The notes: a model not told the origin generated them from the letters alone. 64,000 nt of DNA from an uncultured Actinomycetes bacterium (GCA_963725665.1 CAVRZA010000006.1:64001-128000), one strand, 5' to 3'. Shown: positions 50,813 through 61,101, numbered from the stretch's first letter. Translations and numbers: made by a program.

Positions 50813-51729
50813 CGCGCGGCCTCGATGTCGGGGGCTCGTGGCAGGTCTGCACGCGAAGCGACCTCCGCGATCTTGCGCGCGTAGCCGAGGCGCCGCGAGA
50901 GCTCCTCGCCGGCGGCGCAGATCTTGGCGATGAGCTCGGGGAGCGCCTGGTCCGAGAAGCGCTGCTCGATGCCCGACAGGCTGACGGCCGCGATCACCTC
51001 ACCCGTCTCGTCGTGCACGGGCGCCCCGACCGCGCAGGCGTGGAGCGTCACGTCCTCGCGGCTCACCGCATAGCCGCGCTCGCGGATATGGCGCCGGTCG
51101 CGCGCGAGCTCCTCGCGCGTGGTCAGCGAGTGCCCGGTCATCGGCGTTACGTGGTGTGCGACGATCTCCTCCCAGTGCTCGTCGCACAGGTGCGCCAGGA
51201 GCACGCGCGGCGCGGCGCCGCAGTTGTACGACTGGCGCCGACCGACCTCGAGGAAGAGGATCCTCACCTCGTGGCTGCCGTCGACGCGCCGCACGCAGAG
51301 CGTCTCGTCACCCTCGGGCACCACGAGGTACGCCGTCTCCCTCGTCTCCTCGGCAAGCCGCTCGAGAAGGGGCTCCGCCTGCGTCGCCAGCTCCATCGAC
51401 TTGGAGACGATGCTGCCGAGCTCGAACACTTTGAGCCCGAGACGGTAGCGCGTGGTGCGGGCGTCGAGCTCGACCATCTCCTCCGACTGCAGTGCCGCGA
51501 GCAGACGGTGCGTCGTGCTCTTCGTCAGGCCGGCGCCAGCGGCGATCTCGGTCAGGGTGAGCTCGGGACGCTCGAGCGTGAACTGCTCGAGGATGCGCAC
51601 GCCGCGCGAGATGCTGCGCACAGGCGACTCGCCACGCGCCCGAGCACTCGCGACGGCACGCTCAGGCGACTCGCCTCGCGCTTGCGCGCGGGCGAGTCGC
51701 CCATCCTTGCTCTCTGCTGCAGGAGACAC
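50809..51729 (-). CDS. IclR-family regulator (distinct from the three paralogs)
   Basis: VRSISRG..LTKSTTHRLL, YRLG, ETRETAYL, CAVGAPV. Confidence 0.93.
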   Translation of the reverse strand: MSPAAESKDGRLARAQARGESPERAVASARARGESPVRSISRGVRILEQFTLERPELTLTEIAAGAGLTKSTTHRLLAALQSEEMVELDARTTRYRLGLKVFELGSIVSKSMELATQAEPLLERLAEETRETAYLVVPEGDETLCVRRVDGSHEVRILFLEVGRRQSYNCGAAPRVLLAHLCDEHWEEIVAHHVTPMTGHSLTTREELARDRRHIRERGYAVSREDVTLHACAVGAPVHDETGEVIAAVSLSGIEQRFSDQALPELIAKICAAGEELSRRLGYARKIAEVASRADLPRAPDIEAAR

Positions 51730-51769
51730 CTATGCCTCCCGTCGCGCCGTCCCGACCGCCCGCCGGCCG

Positions 51770-52864
51770 CTAGTGCTGCCCGAGCCAGGGCAGCGCCGTG
51801 ATCGGCTTCCAACCGGGACTGAACGGCTCGCGCAGGAACGGCTCCATGTCGGCCGCGGTGCGGAAGGTCGTCTCTTCCACCGGCGGCACCGCGCCCGGCG
51901 GGAAGACCTCGAGGATCTCGTCGACGATCGACGTCAGGTAGCGGCAGACGGCCGCCACCGGACGCTTCGCCTTCTCGGCGTCGCCGAGCGTAGGCTTGCC
52001 GACGACGCCCTCCGGCGTGCCGAAGAACTCGATGGCGAAGTGACCCTCGCCCTCCGACCAGCGTTGCGGGCGGTTCATCCCGTCGACCGAGTTGTTGAAA
52101 TGTCCCGTTGGCAGGTAGTGCTTGGTCTCGGTCTCGACCGCGTAGCTCATGTCGACCATCTCGGGGAAGAAGAGCAGCCCGACCGACGTCTCGGCCTCGT
52201 CGGCGTGTATGAACTGCGTATCCCACTCGCCGCCCATGTCCTTGGTGCGGAAGAAGTCCTTTACCGAGCGGTGCCAGTCCATGACGCGGTAGATGCCGGG
52301 GAGCTGGTAGCGCTTGAGGAACTTGTGCAGCGCCGTCTCCAGCATCCACAGGTGGCCGTGGTTGTTGACGATGATCTGCTTGCGGAAGCCGTCGTTCCAG
52401 AGGCCCAGCATGACGTCGACGAGTGTCTCCTCGACCACCTCCTCGCGCAGCATCACGGTGCCCGGCATGCCGAGGTGATGGTAGGGGTGGCCGCCGTACA
52501 TGAGCGGCGGCAGCGCCAGGGCGACCGGGGCGCCACGCTTGGCGGTGTAGCGGCGCACGGCCTCGCAGATCTGGCTCACAAAGAGCGTGTCCATGGCCGA
52601 CACCGTGTGGCGGCCGTGGTTCTCGGTACAGCCGACGGGGATCAGGACGACGTCGTTCTTGCGCCGCTGCTCCTCGACCAGCGCGCGGATCGTCGTCTGC
52701 AGGTAGCTGCCCGGCTTGGCCCACTCACAGGGAGAGGGGATGCCGTACTCCTCGAGGATGCCGTCGATCTGCTCCTTGTCGGCCTCCCAGAGCTCTTTGA
52801 ACAGGCGCCCGACCTGCGAGTCCTCGAACCAGAGGTCGGGGCGATTCGTGGACAAGAGCGCCAT
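51770..52864 (-). CDS. Creatininase-family hydrolase, IolN (3-dehydro-scyllo-inosose hydrolase)-like
   Basis: IPVGCTENHG, D.LFV, YGGHPYHH.GMPGT, VNNHGH, HADEAETS; long N-terminal extension; neighbours epimerase and Zn-dehydrogenase. Confidence 0.8.
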   Translation of the reverse strand: MALLSTNRPDLWFEDSQVGRLFKELWEADKEQIDGILEEYGIPSPCEWAKPGSYLQTTIRALVEEQRRKNDVVLIPVGCTENHGRHTVSAMDTLFVSQICEAVRRYTAKRGAPVALALPPLMYGGHPYHHLGMPGTVMLREEVVEETLVDVMLGLWNDGFRKQIIVNNHGHLWMLETALHKFLKRYQLPGIYRVMDWHRSVKDFFRTKDMGGEWDTQFIHADEAETSVGLLFFPEMVDMSYAVETETKHYLPTGHFNNSVDGMNRPQRWSEGEGHFAIEFFGTPEGVVGKPTLGDAEKAKRPVAAVCRYLTSIVDEILEVFPPGAVPPVEETTFRTAADMEPFLREPFSPGWKPITALPWLGQH

Positions 52865-52876
52865 GCGACTACCTCC

Positions 52877-53839
52877 TTAGACTGTGGCTGGGATGCCGGC
52901 ACTGCGCCGCGCGAGCAAGGTGCGAGCGGCGTCGGCGATGTGATGGGACGTGAGCCCGTACTTCTCGATGAGCGCGTCGTTCGACGCCGATTCGCTGTAG
53001 ACGTCGGCGATACCGACGCGCTTCATCGGCGTCGGGCGATACTCGCCCAAGGTCTCGGCCACGGCGCCGCCGAGGCCGCCGATGATCGTGTGCTCCTCGG
53101 CGGTGACCACGAGGCCGGTCTTCTCGGCGGCGGCGACGATAGCCCCGACGTCGAGCGGCTTGAGCGTCGGCACGTGCAGGATGTGCACGCCGATGCCCTC
53201 CTCGTGCAGGGCGTCGGCCGCCTCGACCGCGCGCCCCAGCATGATGCCGGTGGTCATGACGGTCACGTCGCCGCCCTCGTGCACGACCACAGCGGGGCCG
53301 ATCCTGAAGTCGTAGTCGTCGTCGAAGACGACAGGGCAGGGGTCGCGGGTGAGGCGCAGGTAGACGGGGCCGTCGTGCTCTGCGACGGCGAAGACCGCCT
53401 TGCGCGCTTCGACGCCGTCGCCCGGCGCCACGACGGTCATGTTGGGCATGGCCCGCATGATGGCCACGTCCTGATGGGCCTGGTGGGTCTTGCCGCTCTT
53501 GCCCACGAAAAGGTTGGCGTAGGCGCCGATCACGATCACGTGGAGGCGCGGCTGCGCGATCGAGATCCTGATCTGGTCGAGGGCGCGTTTCGTGGCGAAG
53601 CAGGCGAAGGTGTCGGCGAAGGGGACGAACCCCATGGTGGCCATGCCGGCCGCCACGCCCATCACGTTCTGTTCGGTGACCCCCATCTGGAAGAAACGCT
53701 CGGGATAGGCGGCTTCGAACATGTTCGCCTTGGTCGAGGAGGCGAGGTCGGCGTCGATGACCACGACGCGGTCGTTCTGGGCGCCGAGATCGACGAGCGC
53801 CTTACCGAAGGCGTCGCGCTGGGCCATGAGCTCAGGCAT
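52877..53839 (-). CDS. Transketolase, C-terminal subunit
   Basis: DADLASST, GVTEQ, RALDQI, GKTHQ, GPVYLRL, TAEEH..GGLG. Confidence 0.94.
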   Translation of the reverse strand: MPELMAQRDAFGKALVDLGAQNDRVVVIDADLASSTKANMFEAAYPERFFQMGVTEQNVMGVAAGMATMGFVPFADTFACFATKRALDQIRISIAQPRLHVIVIGAYANLFVGKSGKTHQAHQDVAIMRAMPNMTVVAPGDGVEARKAVFAVAEHDGPVYLRLTRDPCPVVFDDDYDFRIGPAVVVHEGGDVTVMTTGIMLGRAVEAADALHEEGIGVHILHVPTLKPLDVGAIVAAAEKTGLVVTAEEHTIIGGLGGAVAETLGEYRPTPMKRVGIADVYSESASNDALIEKYGLTSHHIADAARTLLARRSAGIPATV

Positions 53840-54680
53840 GAGGCGTCACCGCCGCCGCGCGCAGCTCGGCCAGCGCCTGTCTCATCTGCTCCTCGCTGAC
53901 CAGGGCCGAGTGCCACAGGTGCGTGTTCTCCATGAACGAGACGCCCTTGCCCTTGATCGTCTGAGCGACGATCACGCAAGGGCGTCCCTTGGCGGTCTTC
54001 GCCTCCTCGCAGGCGGCCACGATCGCTTCGACGTCGTGGCCGTCGTCGACCTCGATCACGTGCCAGCCGAAGGCCCGCCACTTGTCGGGTATGGGCTCGA
54101 CCGGCATGATGGCCGCCGTGTCGCCCATGAGCTGGATGCGGTTGTCGTCGACGATCGCCACCAGGTTGTCGAGCTCGTATTTGGCGCCCGCCAGGGCGGC
54201 CTCCCAGACCTGGCCCTCCTGCAGCTCGCCGTCGCCCAGGAGCACGAAGATGCGCACCTCGTCGCGCTTGTCGAGGCGCGCCCCGAGCGCCATGCCGACA
54301 CCGGCCGACAACCCCTGGCCGAGGGAACCCGACGACATGTCGACCCCGGGGGTGTGGACATCGGGATGACCCTGGAGGACGGAGCCGATCTCGTCGTAGG
54401 TGGCGAGCGTATCCGCCGAGAAGTAGCCGCGCTCCATGAGCGCGACGTAGTAGATCACCGCGGCGTGGCCCTTGGAGAGGATGAACCGGTCGCGGTCCTC
54501 CCACTCCGGATCCGCCGGATCGACGCGCATGACCTTGAAATACAGGGCGGCCAGGATCTCGGCCACACTCAATGAGCCGCCAGGGTGTCCCCCTTGGGCG
54601 CGCCAGAGGGTCTCGATCGTCAGGCGCCGCATGCGGTTCGTCAGCTCGACGAGTTGCCCGTCGCTGTCCCCTGGCTCCAT
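53832..54680 (-). CDS. Transketolase, N-terminal (ThDP-binding) subunit
   Basis: GHPGGSLS, RDRFILSKGH, LQGHP, GSLGQG, GDGELQEG..N, TIKGKG. Confidence 0.94.
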   Translation of the reverse strand: MEPGDSDGQLVELTNRMRRLTIETLWRAQGGHPGGSLSVAEILAALYFKVMRVDPADPEWEDRDRFILSKGHAAVIYYVALMERGYFSADTLATYDEIGSVLQGHPDVHTPGVDMSSGSLGQGLSAGVGMALGARLDKRDEVRIFVLLGDGELQEGQVWEAALAGAKYELDNLVAIVDDNRIQLMGDTAAIMPVEPIPDKWRAFGWHVIEVDDGHDVEAIVAACEEAKTAKGRPCVIVAQTIKGKGVSFMENTHLWHSALVSEEQMRQALAELRAAAVTPHA

Positions 54681-54734
54681 ACGGACCTCCCCGTCGCCTG
54701 CACGAGACCGCGGACGTCTCCCTCCGACTGCGAT

Positions 54735-54771
54735 GTTCCGTCTAGCGGTACGCTACTCCGAAGAACGGAAC
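54735..54771. promoter_or_regulatory. Two tandem IclR-type palindromes (GTTCCG-N5-CGGAAC consensus)
   Basis: GTTCCGtctagCGGTAC (54735) and ACTCCGaagaaCGGAAC (54755) upstream of the transketolase operon. Confidence 0.6.
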
Positions 54772-54942
54772 GCCCGTATCCTACCGAGTCCGTCCGCAAA
54801 TGCAAGCGGGCCGCCACCGGTGTGTCTCTCGCCGGACCGCAGTGGTTTCATCAGCGAACTCGCGAGGCATCCGTAGCCGTTGCGATCAGGTGATCCTTGC
54901 CACAGTGCTACACGGCGCCAATGAGGCCGGGCCCACGCACAC

Positions 54943-57849
54943 TCAAGCTGTCGACTCGTCAACCAGGTAGACGAGTGATTCAAACGGACGACCGGTCCGG
55001 TCGCTGAGAACGATCTCGCAGGTCTTGGCGAAGGAGTAAGCGCCATCGAAGGTGCGACCCCGTATCTCTTCGGCCTCATCATGGACTGCGGCGTCGGCAA
55101 GATCTGGGTAGAGGAACCCGCGGTCGCCGCCGGCGCCACAACAGCCCAGGCTGGTAGGAATGGTCACCTCCTCTGCGCAGGCTGCGGCTATCGCCGAGAT
55201 CTTGCCGCCCAGCACCAGTTCCGTGCAGGCACATGTGGGGTGCACGAGCACGCTCCTCCTCCGCCGCTTGATCTCCAGGCGAGCCAACACGTCATCGTGC
55301 AGCCACTCGGCGAGATCCATGATCCTCAGCTGCACGTATCGCTCCTGGTTCGCATCGCTCAGGAGTCGCTCGTGCGACCCGAACTTCTCCCTCTCGAGCT
55401 CGACCAGCATCGTGTGTGCACACGACGTCACGTCGCACATGATGGGCAGTTCGCCACCCTCACTCCAGCGCCAGAATGCCTCCACGAGGCGATTTGCCAT
55501 GATCGCGTGTCCGGCCCGGAACCCCTTGTGCTCCCAGATCTGGCCGCAGCAGAGCCCGGAGGTGTCATCGGGCAGGCGCATCGCGATTCCCGCCCGGTCT
55601 GCGACGCGCAGGATGGTAGCCATGACGCTGTCCTTTCCCAGGCCGGAGGAGCCGAGGATGCGACTCACGCAGGCAGGAAAGTAGACAAGCTGTGGGTCAG
55701 CCGGCTCGTGGCTCACGCGAGGAGGGGCCTTGCTGATGGAGCGAGACCACTGTGGCACGTCTGGGAGAAGCCGGCGCGCGGCGGTGGTGACCCAGGGCAT
55801 CACCCCGTCACCGAGTCTGCTGTCGATGGCGCATCCCGCACTGACGCCACGCCGCAGTACCTCCTCCACCGTCCCGAAGCGACGGGCGGCGAGGCTCATC
55901 AGGTGCTCAAGCGATGAACCGTGCGCCTCGGCACGCTCGTGGTCGGTCAGATACGCGGTGTTGATGCCCGATGGGCATACCGTCCCGCACAGCCCGTCGG
56001 CCACGCATGTGTCTCTTCCGTCGTAGGCGAACTCGTCCCACAGCGAGGCGGCCTGCTCCAGGGCGCCGTCCTCCACCAGCTGGAGATGCGCCCGATTCGC
56101 CACCACGCGTTGGCGAGGCGTGAGCGTGAAGACCCGCGTCGGGCAGACACGCTCGCAGAACCCGCACTCGACACACCGGTCGACGGTCTCGTCGCCGATA
56201 CTCGGTACCCGCTTGATGTTGGCCAGGTGGGTCCGGGGATCGTCGGTGAGCAGCACACCCGGGTTCAGAAGGCCGCCCGGGTCGAGCAGGCGTTTGACCT
56301 CCCGCATGACTGCCACCGCCTCCTCACCCCATTCGCGGGTCAGGAAGGGCGCCATCGCACGCCCCGTGCCGTGCTCGGCCTTGAGTGATCCTTCAAGGCC
56401 GAGCACGAGATCGGCCAGGTCATCTATGAAACGGCCGAAGTGCCCCACGCCGGCGCTGGTGCGCAGATCGTCCAGCGTGATGAAGTGCACGTTGCCGCTC
56501 GCCAGATGTCCGAAGATGAACCCGCTGTCCGTGTAGTCGTACCTGGCGAAGAGCTCGCGAAGCCCGACGATCAGGTCGACCAGCCGCTCAGGCGGGACGG
56601 CCACGTCTTCCACGACCACGCTCGTGTGTGGTGGACGAGTGGCGGCGACCAGCATGTACATGGCAGACCGCAGAGCGAACCACTGCTCGCGGATCGATGG
56701 ATCGGACGTGAAGGGCTCGTGGGCGACGAGGTCGAAGTTGGCGATCAGCCTCTCGGCTGACGCCAGCCGCTCTTCGAGCTCCTCAGCGCGGTACTCGACC
56801 AGGACGGCGGTCGCGTCGGCAGGCAGCTCGTCGAGGTAGGCCGGCGCTCCCGGCTGACCGCTCCACGAGCGCAGGCAGGCCCTGTCCATCAATTCGACCG
56901 TGGCGGCGCCGTCGGCGGCGAGCGCGCTCACGGCGGCGACGCCATCGGTGACCGTCGGGAAGAAGAGGAGACGAGCTGCCCACCGCGGATGCAGGGGGAC
57001 CGTGTCGAGCACGGCCGATGAGATGAAGGCCAGAGTGCCTTCGGAACCGATCAACAAGCGTGCGAGGATGTCGATGGGCTCAGCGGCGTCGAGGAACGAC
57101 CGCAGCCCGTAGCCCATCACGTTCTTGATGCGGTACTTGCGCCGGATCGTCTCAACCAGGTCAGCGTCGCTCCGCACACGATCGCGCAGCGTCTGCAGCC
57201 CACTGCAGATGGCCTGCTGCTCGACCGTGAAGCGCTCCCGGTCAGCCGCGGTGGCCGTGTCGTAGCGGCGGCCGTCCGCCAGCACGAACTCGAGCGATCG
57301 CAGCGTGCCGTATGAATCGCGGTCGACTCCGGACTGCTGACCTCCCGAGTTGTTGGCCAGCACGCCGCCCATCATGGCCGCATCGGCTGACTCGGGGTCG
57401 GGGCCGAGCTTCCGGTGCAGCGGCTCGAGCGTGCGGTTGACCTCGGTGACGGTGACACCGGGCTGGCACCACACTACCGCTCCACCGTCGCGAACCTCGA
57501 GGCCCTTCCACGCCTGCCGAAGCTCGGCGACGATACCCGTGCCCAGGCTTTGCCCACACAGCGACGTGCCGGCGGCACGGAACGTCACCGCAACCTGCTG
57601 AGCTCGAGCGACGGCGAGCAGCCGCTGCACTTCCTCAACCGAGGACACGCGCACGACCGCCTGCGGAGGGTAGTCGTAGTAGGATGCGTCGCGGCCGTAG
57701 ATCCTCCGATACAACTCGCTGACCTTGACCGCACTAGAGGAAGTTGCGTCCACCAGCGCCTGTTCAAGTGCATTCGACGCCGACGAGATGACGGCTCTCG
57801 AACGCGCTTGCGAGACGCCTGGCTGACTGCTGGTCACTTCCTCTCCCAA
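54943..57849 (-). CDS. FAD-binding plus Fe-S/CCG oxidoreductase (Fe-S D-lactate dehydrogenase type)
   Basis: FRAAGTSLCGQ, ANNSGG, GSEGTLAF, LKAEHGTGR, CVECGFCERVCP, CVADGLC...CP, CCG motifs. Confidence 0.92.
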   Translation of the reverse strand: MGEEVTSSQPGVSQARSRAVISSASNALEQALVDATSSSAVKVSELYRRIYGRDASYYDYPPQAVVRVSSVEEVQRLLAVARAQQVAVTFRAAGTSLCGQSLGTGIVAELRQAWKGLEVRDGGAVVWCQPGVTVTEVNRTLEPLHRKLGPDPESADAAMMGGVLANNSGGQQSGVDRDSYGTLRSLEFVLADGRRYDTATAADRERFTVEQQAICSGLQTLRDRVRSDADLVETIRRKYRIKNVMGYGLRSFLDAAEPIDILARLLIGSEGTLAFISSAVLDTVPLHPRWAARLLFFPTVTDGVAAVSALAADGAATVELMDRACLRSWSGQPGAPAYLDELPADATAVLVEYRAEELEERLASAERLIANFDLVAHEPFTSDPSIREQWFALRSAMYMLVAATRPPHTSVVVEDVAVPPERLVDLIVGLRELFARYDYTDSGFIFGHLASGNVHFITLDDLRTSAGVGHFGRFIDDLADLVLGLEGSLKAEHGTGRAMAPFLTREWGEEAVAVMREVKRLLDPGGLLNPGVLLTDDPRTHLANIKRVPSIGDETVDRCVECGFCERVCPTRVFTLTPRQRVVANRAHLQLVEDGALEQAASLWDEFAYDGRDTCVADGLCGTVCPSGINTAYLTDHERAEAHGSSLEHLMSLAARRFGTVEEVLRRGVSAGCAIDSRLGDGVMPWVTTAARRLLPDVPQWSRSISKAPPRVSHEPADPQLVYFPACVSRILGSSGLGKDSVMATILRVADRAGIAMRLPDDTSGLCCGQIWEHKGFRAGHAIMANRLVEAFWRWSEGGELPIMCDVTSCAHTMLVELEREKFGSHERLLSDANQERYVQLRIMDLAEWLHDDVLARLEIKRRRRSVLVHPTCACTELVLGGKISAIAAACAEEVTIPTSLGCCGAGGDRGFLYPDLADAAVHDEAEEIRGRTFDGAYSFAKTCEIVLSDRTGRPFESLVYLVDESTA

Positions 57850-57886
57850 TTCGCAACCCCCGTATCTCGCCCTTCTCCGTGTGTCG

Positions 57887-58903
57887 TCAGTCGTCGATCT
57901 CCAACCCGGCCTCGCCGACCCAGCTCATCATGCTGCGGAGCTTCTTGCCCGTCGTCTCGATGAGCATCTCCTTGCCCTGCCGCTGGAGTGCCGTGTACAT
58001 AGGGCGCCCCGCCTGGTTCTCGAGGATCCACTCACGCGCGAACTCGCCGCTCTGGACCTCGGCGAGTAACTCGCGCATCGTGGCGCGCACATGATCGTCG
58101 ATGAGGCGGGGGCCGCGGGCGAGGTCGCCGTACTCTGCGGTGTCGCTGATGCTGTAGCGCATGCCGGCGATGCCCTTCTCCCACATCAGGTCGACGATCA
58201 GCTTGAGCTCGTTCAGGCACTCAAAGTAGGCGATCTCCGGCTGGTAGCCGGCCTCGACGAGCGTGTTGAAGCCGTTGATCACCAGCGAAGTCATGCCGCC
58301 GCAGAGGACGGCCTGCTCACCGAAGAGGTCGGTCTCGGTCTCCTCGGCGAAGGTGGTCTGGATGCCCCCGGCGCGCAGGCCGCCGACGGCGCTGGCATAG
58401 GCGAGCGCCTGGGCGAAGGCGTTGCCGCTGACGTCCTGGTAGACGGCGACGAGGACGGGCACGCCCTTGCCTTCGACGTACATGCGCCGGAAGATGTGCC
58501 CCGGGCTCTTCGGGGCGACCATGCTGACGTCGACCGTCGGCGGCGGCACGACCTGGTTGTAGTGAATGTTGAAGCCGTGCGCGAACATCAGGGTGGCCCC
58601 GTCCTTCAGGTTGGGGGCGATGTCGCTCTTGTACACGGGGGCGTGTAGCTCCTCCGGCAGCAGCATCATCACGACGTCGGCGCGCTTGGTGGCGTCGGCG
58701 GCGGTGAGCACCCCGAAGCCAGCCTTCTCAGCACGCGTCGCGTTGGGCGTGCCCGGCAGGTCGCTGACAACCACGCTCACACCGCTATCGCGCAGGTTCT
58801 GCGCGTGGGCGTGTCCCTGACTGCCGAAGCCGATGATGGCGACCGTCTTCCCGGTGATAAGACTGAGGTCCGCATCGCTTTCGTAGTACATGGGTCTCTC
58901 CAT
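57887..58903 (-). CDS. ilvC: Ketol-acid reductoisomerase, class I
   Basis: [57 protein letters not shown]. Confidence 0.96.
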   Translation of the reverse strand: MERPMYYESDADLSLITGKTVAIIGFGSQGHAHAQNLRDSGVSVVVSDLPGTPNATRAEKAGFGVLTAADATKRADVVMMLLPEELHAPVYKSDIAPNLKDGATLMFAHGFNIHYNQVVPPPTVDVSMVAPKSPGHIFRRMYVEGKGVPVLVAVYQDVSGNAFAQALAYASAVGGLRAGGIQTTFAEETETDLFGEQAVLCGGMTSLVINGFNTLVEAGYQPEIAYFECLNELKLIVDLMWEKGIAGMRYSISDTAEYGDLARGPRLIDDHVRATMRELLAEVQSGEFAREWILENQAGRPMYTALQRQGKEMLIETTGKKLRSMMSWVGEAGLEIDD

Positions 58904-59177
58904 CCTTTCGTGAGTATCCGGGCCGCGCGGTCCACGCTGAGGCTCATCCTCCACGCTGAATAGGCTAGCAGACCCGCAGCTACTACGTGGGCCTCCGCCG
59001 GCGCAAGCTCACCGAGGAGGGCTGGTTCGTGCCCGCGAGCGGGTTTTGGAACCCCTCAGGCCAGAATCGGATTCCGGACCCCTACGCGTTTCCGCAGGTA
59101 GACAGACGAATCGACTGCTGGAGTCCCGTGCCTGCGGGCCAGAATTCAGGCATCAGCGCCGGCTTGTCGCTCCGCAC

Positions 59178-60182
59178 TTAGCGGACGTCGGCGAGTTCGA
59201 CGGCTCGGCCCGACGTGGCACTCTCGACGATCGCTTCGAGCACGGCGGCGACCTCCAGAGCCTCCGGAGCCCCGACCTCGGGCTTGGTCCCACCGCGGAC
59301 GCAGCGCGCGAACTCCGCGAGCTCGTCTTCAACCGTGTCGAGGGACTCCACGTCGAGGGGGTTTCGAATCGCCTCTCCGGCCCGCTGAACGAACAGCTTG
59401 ACTCCGTCTTCCTCGTTCCATGCGTTGCCCTCTGTGCCATAGACGCCGAGGGAGACGACCGGCTGGGCGAAGTACGACGATGTGATCGACCCGACGGGGC
59501 CACGCTCGTATTCGATGAGGAGCGCCGTCGCCTCGTCGAGCTTCGTCTTGCCGACCACCTGCTTGCTGAAAGCGACCACGCGCTTGGCGGGTCCCGCCAG
59601 GTAGTGGAAGGTGTCGACGGTGTGGATGCCGAGCGCGGTCATGGCGCCGGCCGGGCACTCGGCGGGGTCGAGGCGCCAACCCGCGATGGCCGTCCCTCCG
59701 GCCGCAGGGTGGGTGTGGACCCCGTCGAGCTGCAGCAGGATGCCCAGCTCGCCCGCGTCGATCATGGCCTTAATGCGCCGGTTGGCCGGCTGTCGGCGGC
59801 GGTTGTGCCCGACCTGGAGAACGACCTTGGCCTTCTCCGCCGCCTCCGCTGCCCGTCGCGCGTCGGCCACAGTGAGCACGAGCGGTTTCTCGACGAAAAC
59901 GTGCTTCCCGGCCGACGTCGCTTCCTCCACCAGCCCAAGGTGTGTGGAATGGGGGGTCGCGATGAGGATGGCTTCCACCTCCGGATCGTCGAGCATCGCC
60001 GCGAGGCTCTCCGCAGCCCGACAACCGTGCTCGGCGGCAAAGGCGTCGCGCCGCTCGGGAGCGAGGTCGAAACACGAAACAAACTCGGCAGCACCGCTCT
60101 TGCCCGCCGCGGCCACCCGCATGCCGCCAAACCACCCGACGCCGACCAGACCGATCCGGACCTTCTCCTCCTGCATCGTCAC
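59178..60182 (-). CDS. Gfo/Idh/MocA-family oxidoreductase
   Basis: GVGWFG, IATPHSTH, GKHVFVEKP, VGHNRR, GIHTVD. Confidence 0.93.
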   Translation of the reverse strand: MTMQEEKVRIGLVGVGWFGGMRVAAAGKSGAAEFVSCFDLAPERRDAFAAEHGCRAAESLAAMLDDPEVEAILIATPHSTHLGLVEEATSAGKHVFVEKPLVLTVADARRAAEAAEKAKVVLQVGHNRRRQPANRRIKAMIDAGELGILLQLDGVHTHPAAGGTAIAGWRLDPAECPAGAMTALGIHTVDTFHYLAGPAKRVVAFSKQVVGKTKLDEATALLIEYERGPVGSITSSYFAQPVVSLGVYGTEGNAWNEEDGVKLFVQRAGEAIRNPLDVESLDTVEDELAEFARCVRGGTKPEVGAPEALEVAAVLEAIVESATSGRAVELADVR

Positions 60183-60988
60183 CGACCTCCTTCGCCGATT
60201 GTGACTGTCTTCCGCTTCCGCTTGGCTCCCGGCCCCCGCTCTGATGCCCCCTGCTTCCTGGGTCCTTCCCTGTCGCCTGCGGTGGAAAGCCGCTCCTCCT
60301 CATCCGTCATCTCGATGGACATCGCCGAATGGCCCGCGAGCGCCGCCGAGGCCTTCTCGACATCCCTCGCCCGGCAGGCCACGATGATGGCCCGGTGGAC
60401 CTCGTTCGCCTTGCGCCGGATCTCCGGGTGCCACCGCTGCGCCTGGGCCACGTAGAGGGTGGACGCTTCTTCCAAGCCCTTCAGGATGGCGGTCAGGCGC
60501 CTCCCACCGGTCGCCTCGTAGAAGACGAAGTGGAACCTGAGATTGAGGTCCACCCAGCTCGCCAGGTCCGTTTCCTCGTCCATCTGGTCGGCCAGGGCCT
60601 CGGCCTCACGCAGATGCTCATCGGTGATCCCATGGACTGCCAGCTCCACGACCAGTGGCCTCAGTTGCTCCTGGATCTGAGCGATCTCCTCTATCTCCTG
60701 CCAGTTGGGCTCCCGCACCGTGCCGCCACGATTCCGGTCCAGCGTGATCAGCCCGGCGCCCGCGAGGTCGCGGAGGGCCTCGCGGATGGGAGTCGTACTG
60801 ACCCCGAGCTGAGCGGCGAGATCTGCCTGGATCAGTCGAGCCCCGCCAGGCATGTCGCCCCGGAGGATGGCCCGGCGGAGGGTTTCCTTCGCGAAGCCCT
60901 GAGCCGTCCGCCAGTTGTCGAGGCTTGGCAGGACCTCCATGCCACCGGCACCCTCGCCGATCCCGTTCCCGCGCGCGTCCTGGTTCAT
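60179..60988 (-). CDS. GntR-family regulator (FCD domain)
   Basis: LRRAILRG..PGGARL..LA.QLGVS.TPIREAL; N.RFH, H..I. Confidence 0.92.
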   Translation of the reverse strand: MNQDARGNGIGEGAGGMEVLPSLDNWRTAQGFAKETLRRAILRGDMPGGARLIQADLAAQLGVSTTPIREALRDLAGAGLITLDRNRGGTVREPNWQEIEEIAQIQEQLRPLVVELAVHGITDEHLREAEALADQMDEETDLASWVDLNLRFHFVFYEATGGRRLTAILKGLEEASTLYVAQAQRWHPEIRRKANEVHRAIIVACRARDVEKASAALAGHSAMSIEMTDEEERLSTAGDREGPRKQGASERGPGAKRKRKTVTIGEGGR

Positions 60989-61027
60989 CTGAGGCTGTCC
61001 CCTTCTTATCTGAGCTGTCCCCTTCTT
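60987..61027. repeat. 21/20-bp tandem duplication of the gntR RBS region
   Basis: ATCTGAGGCTGTCCCCTTCTT followed by ATCTGAGCTGTCCCCTTCTT. Confidence 0.75.
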
Positions 61028-61076
61028 CTCTTGGCCCTGCCCACCGTGTACCGGCCAAGGATTCTAGCGGAATGCT

Positions 61077-61101
61077 TGCATCGTGTATGATACATCATGC
61101 A
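61077..61101. promoter_or_regulatory. Palindromic operator, putative GntR site
   Basis: TGCAT-cg-TGTAT-G-ATACA-tc-ATGCA between divergent gntR and M24 genes. Confidence 0.65.

Noticed and set aside
58904-59177. ilv attenuator or T-box upstream of ilvC
   Set aside because: No Ile/Val/Leu-rich leader peptide or T-box motif could be identified.
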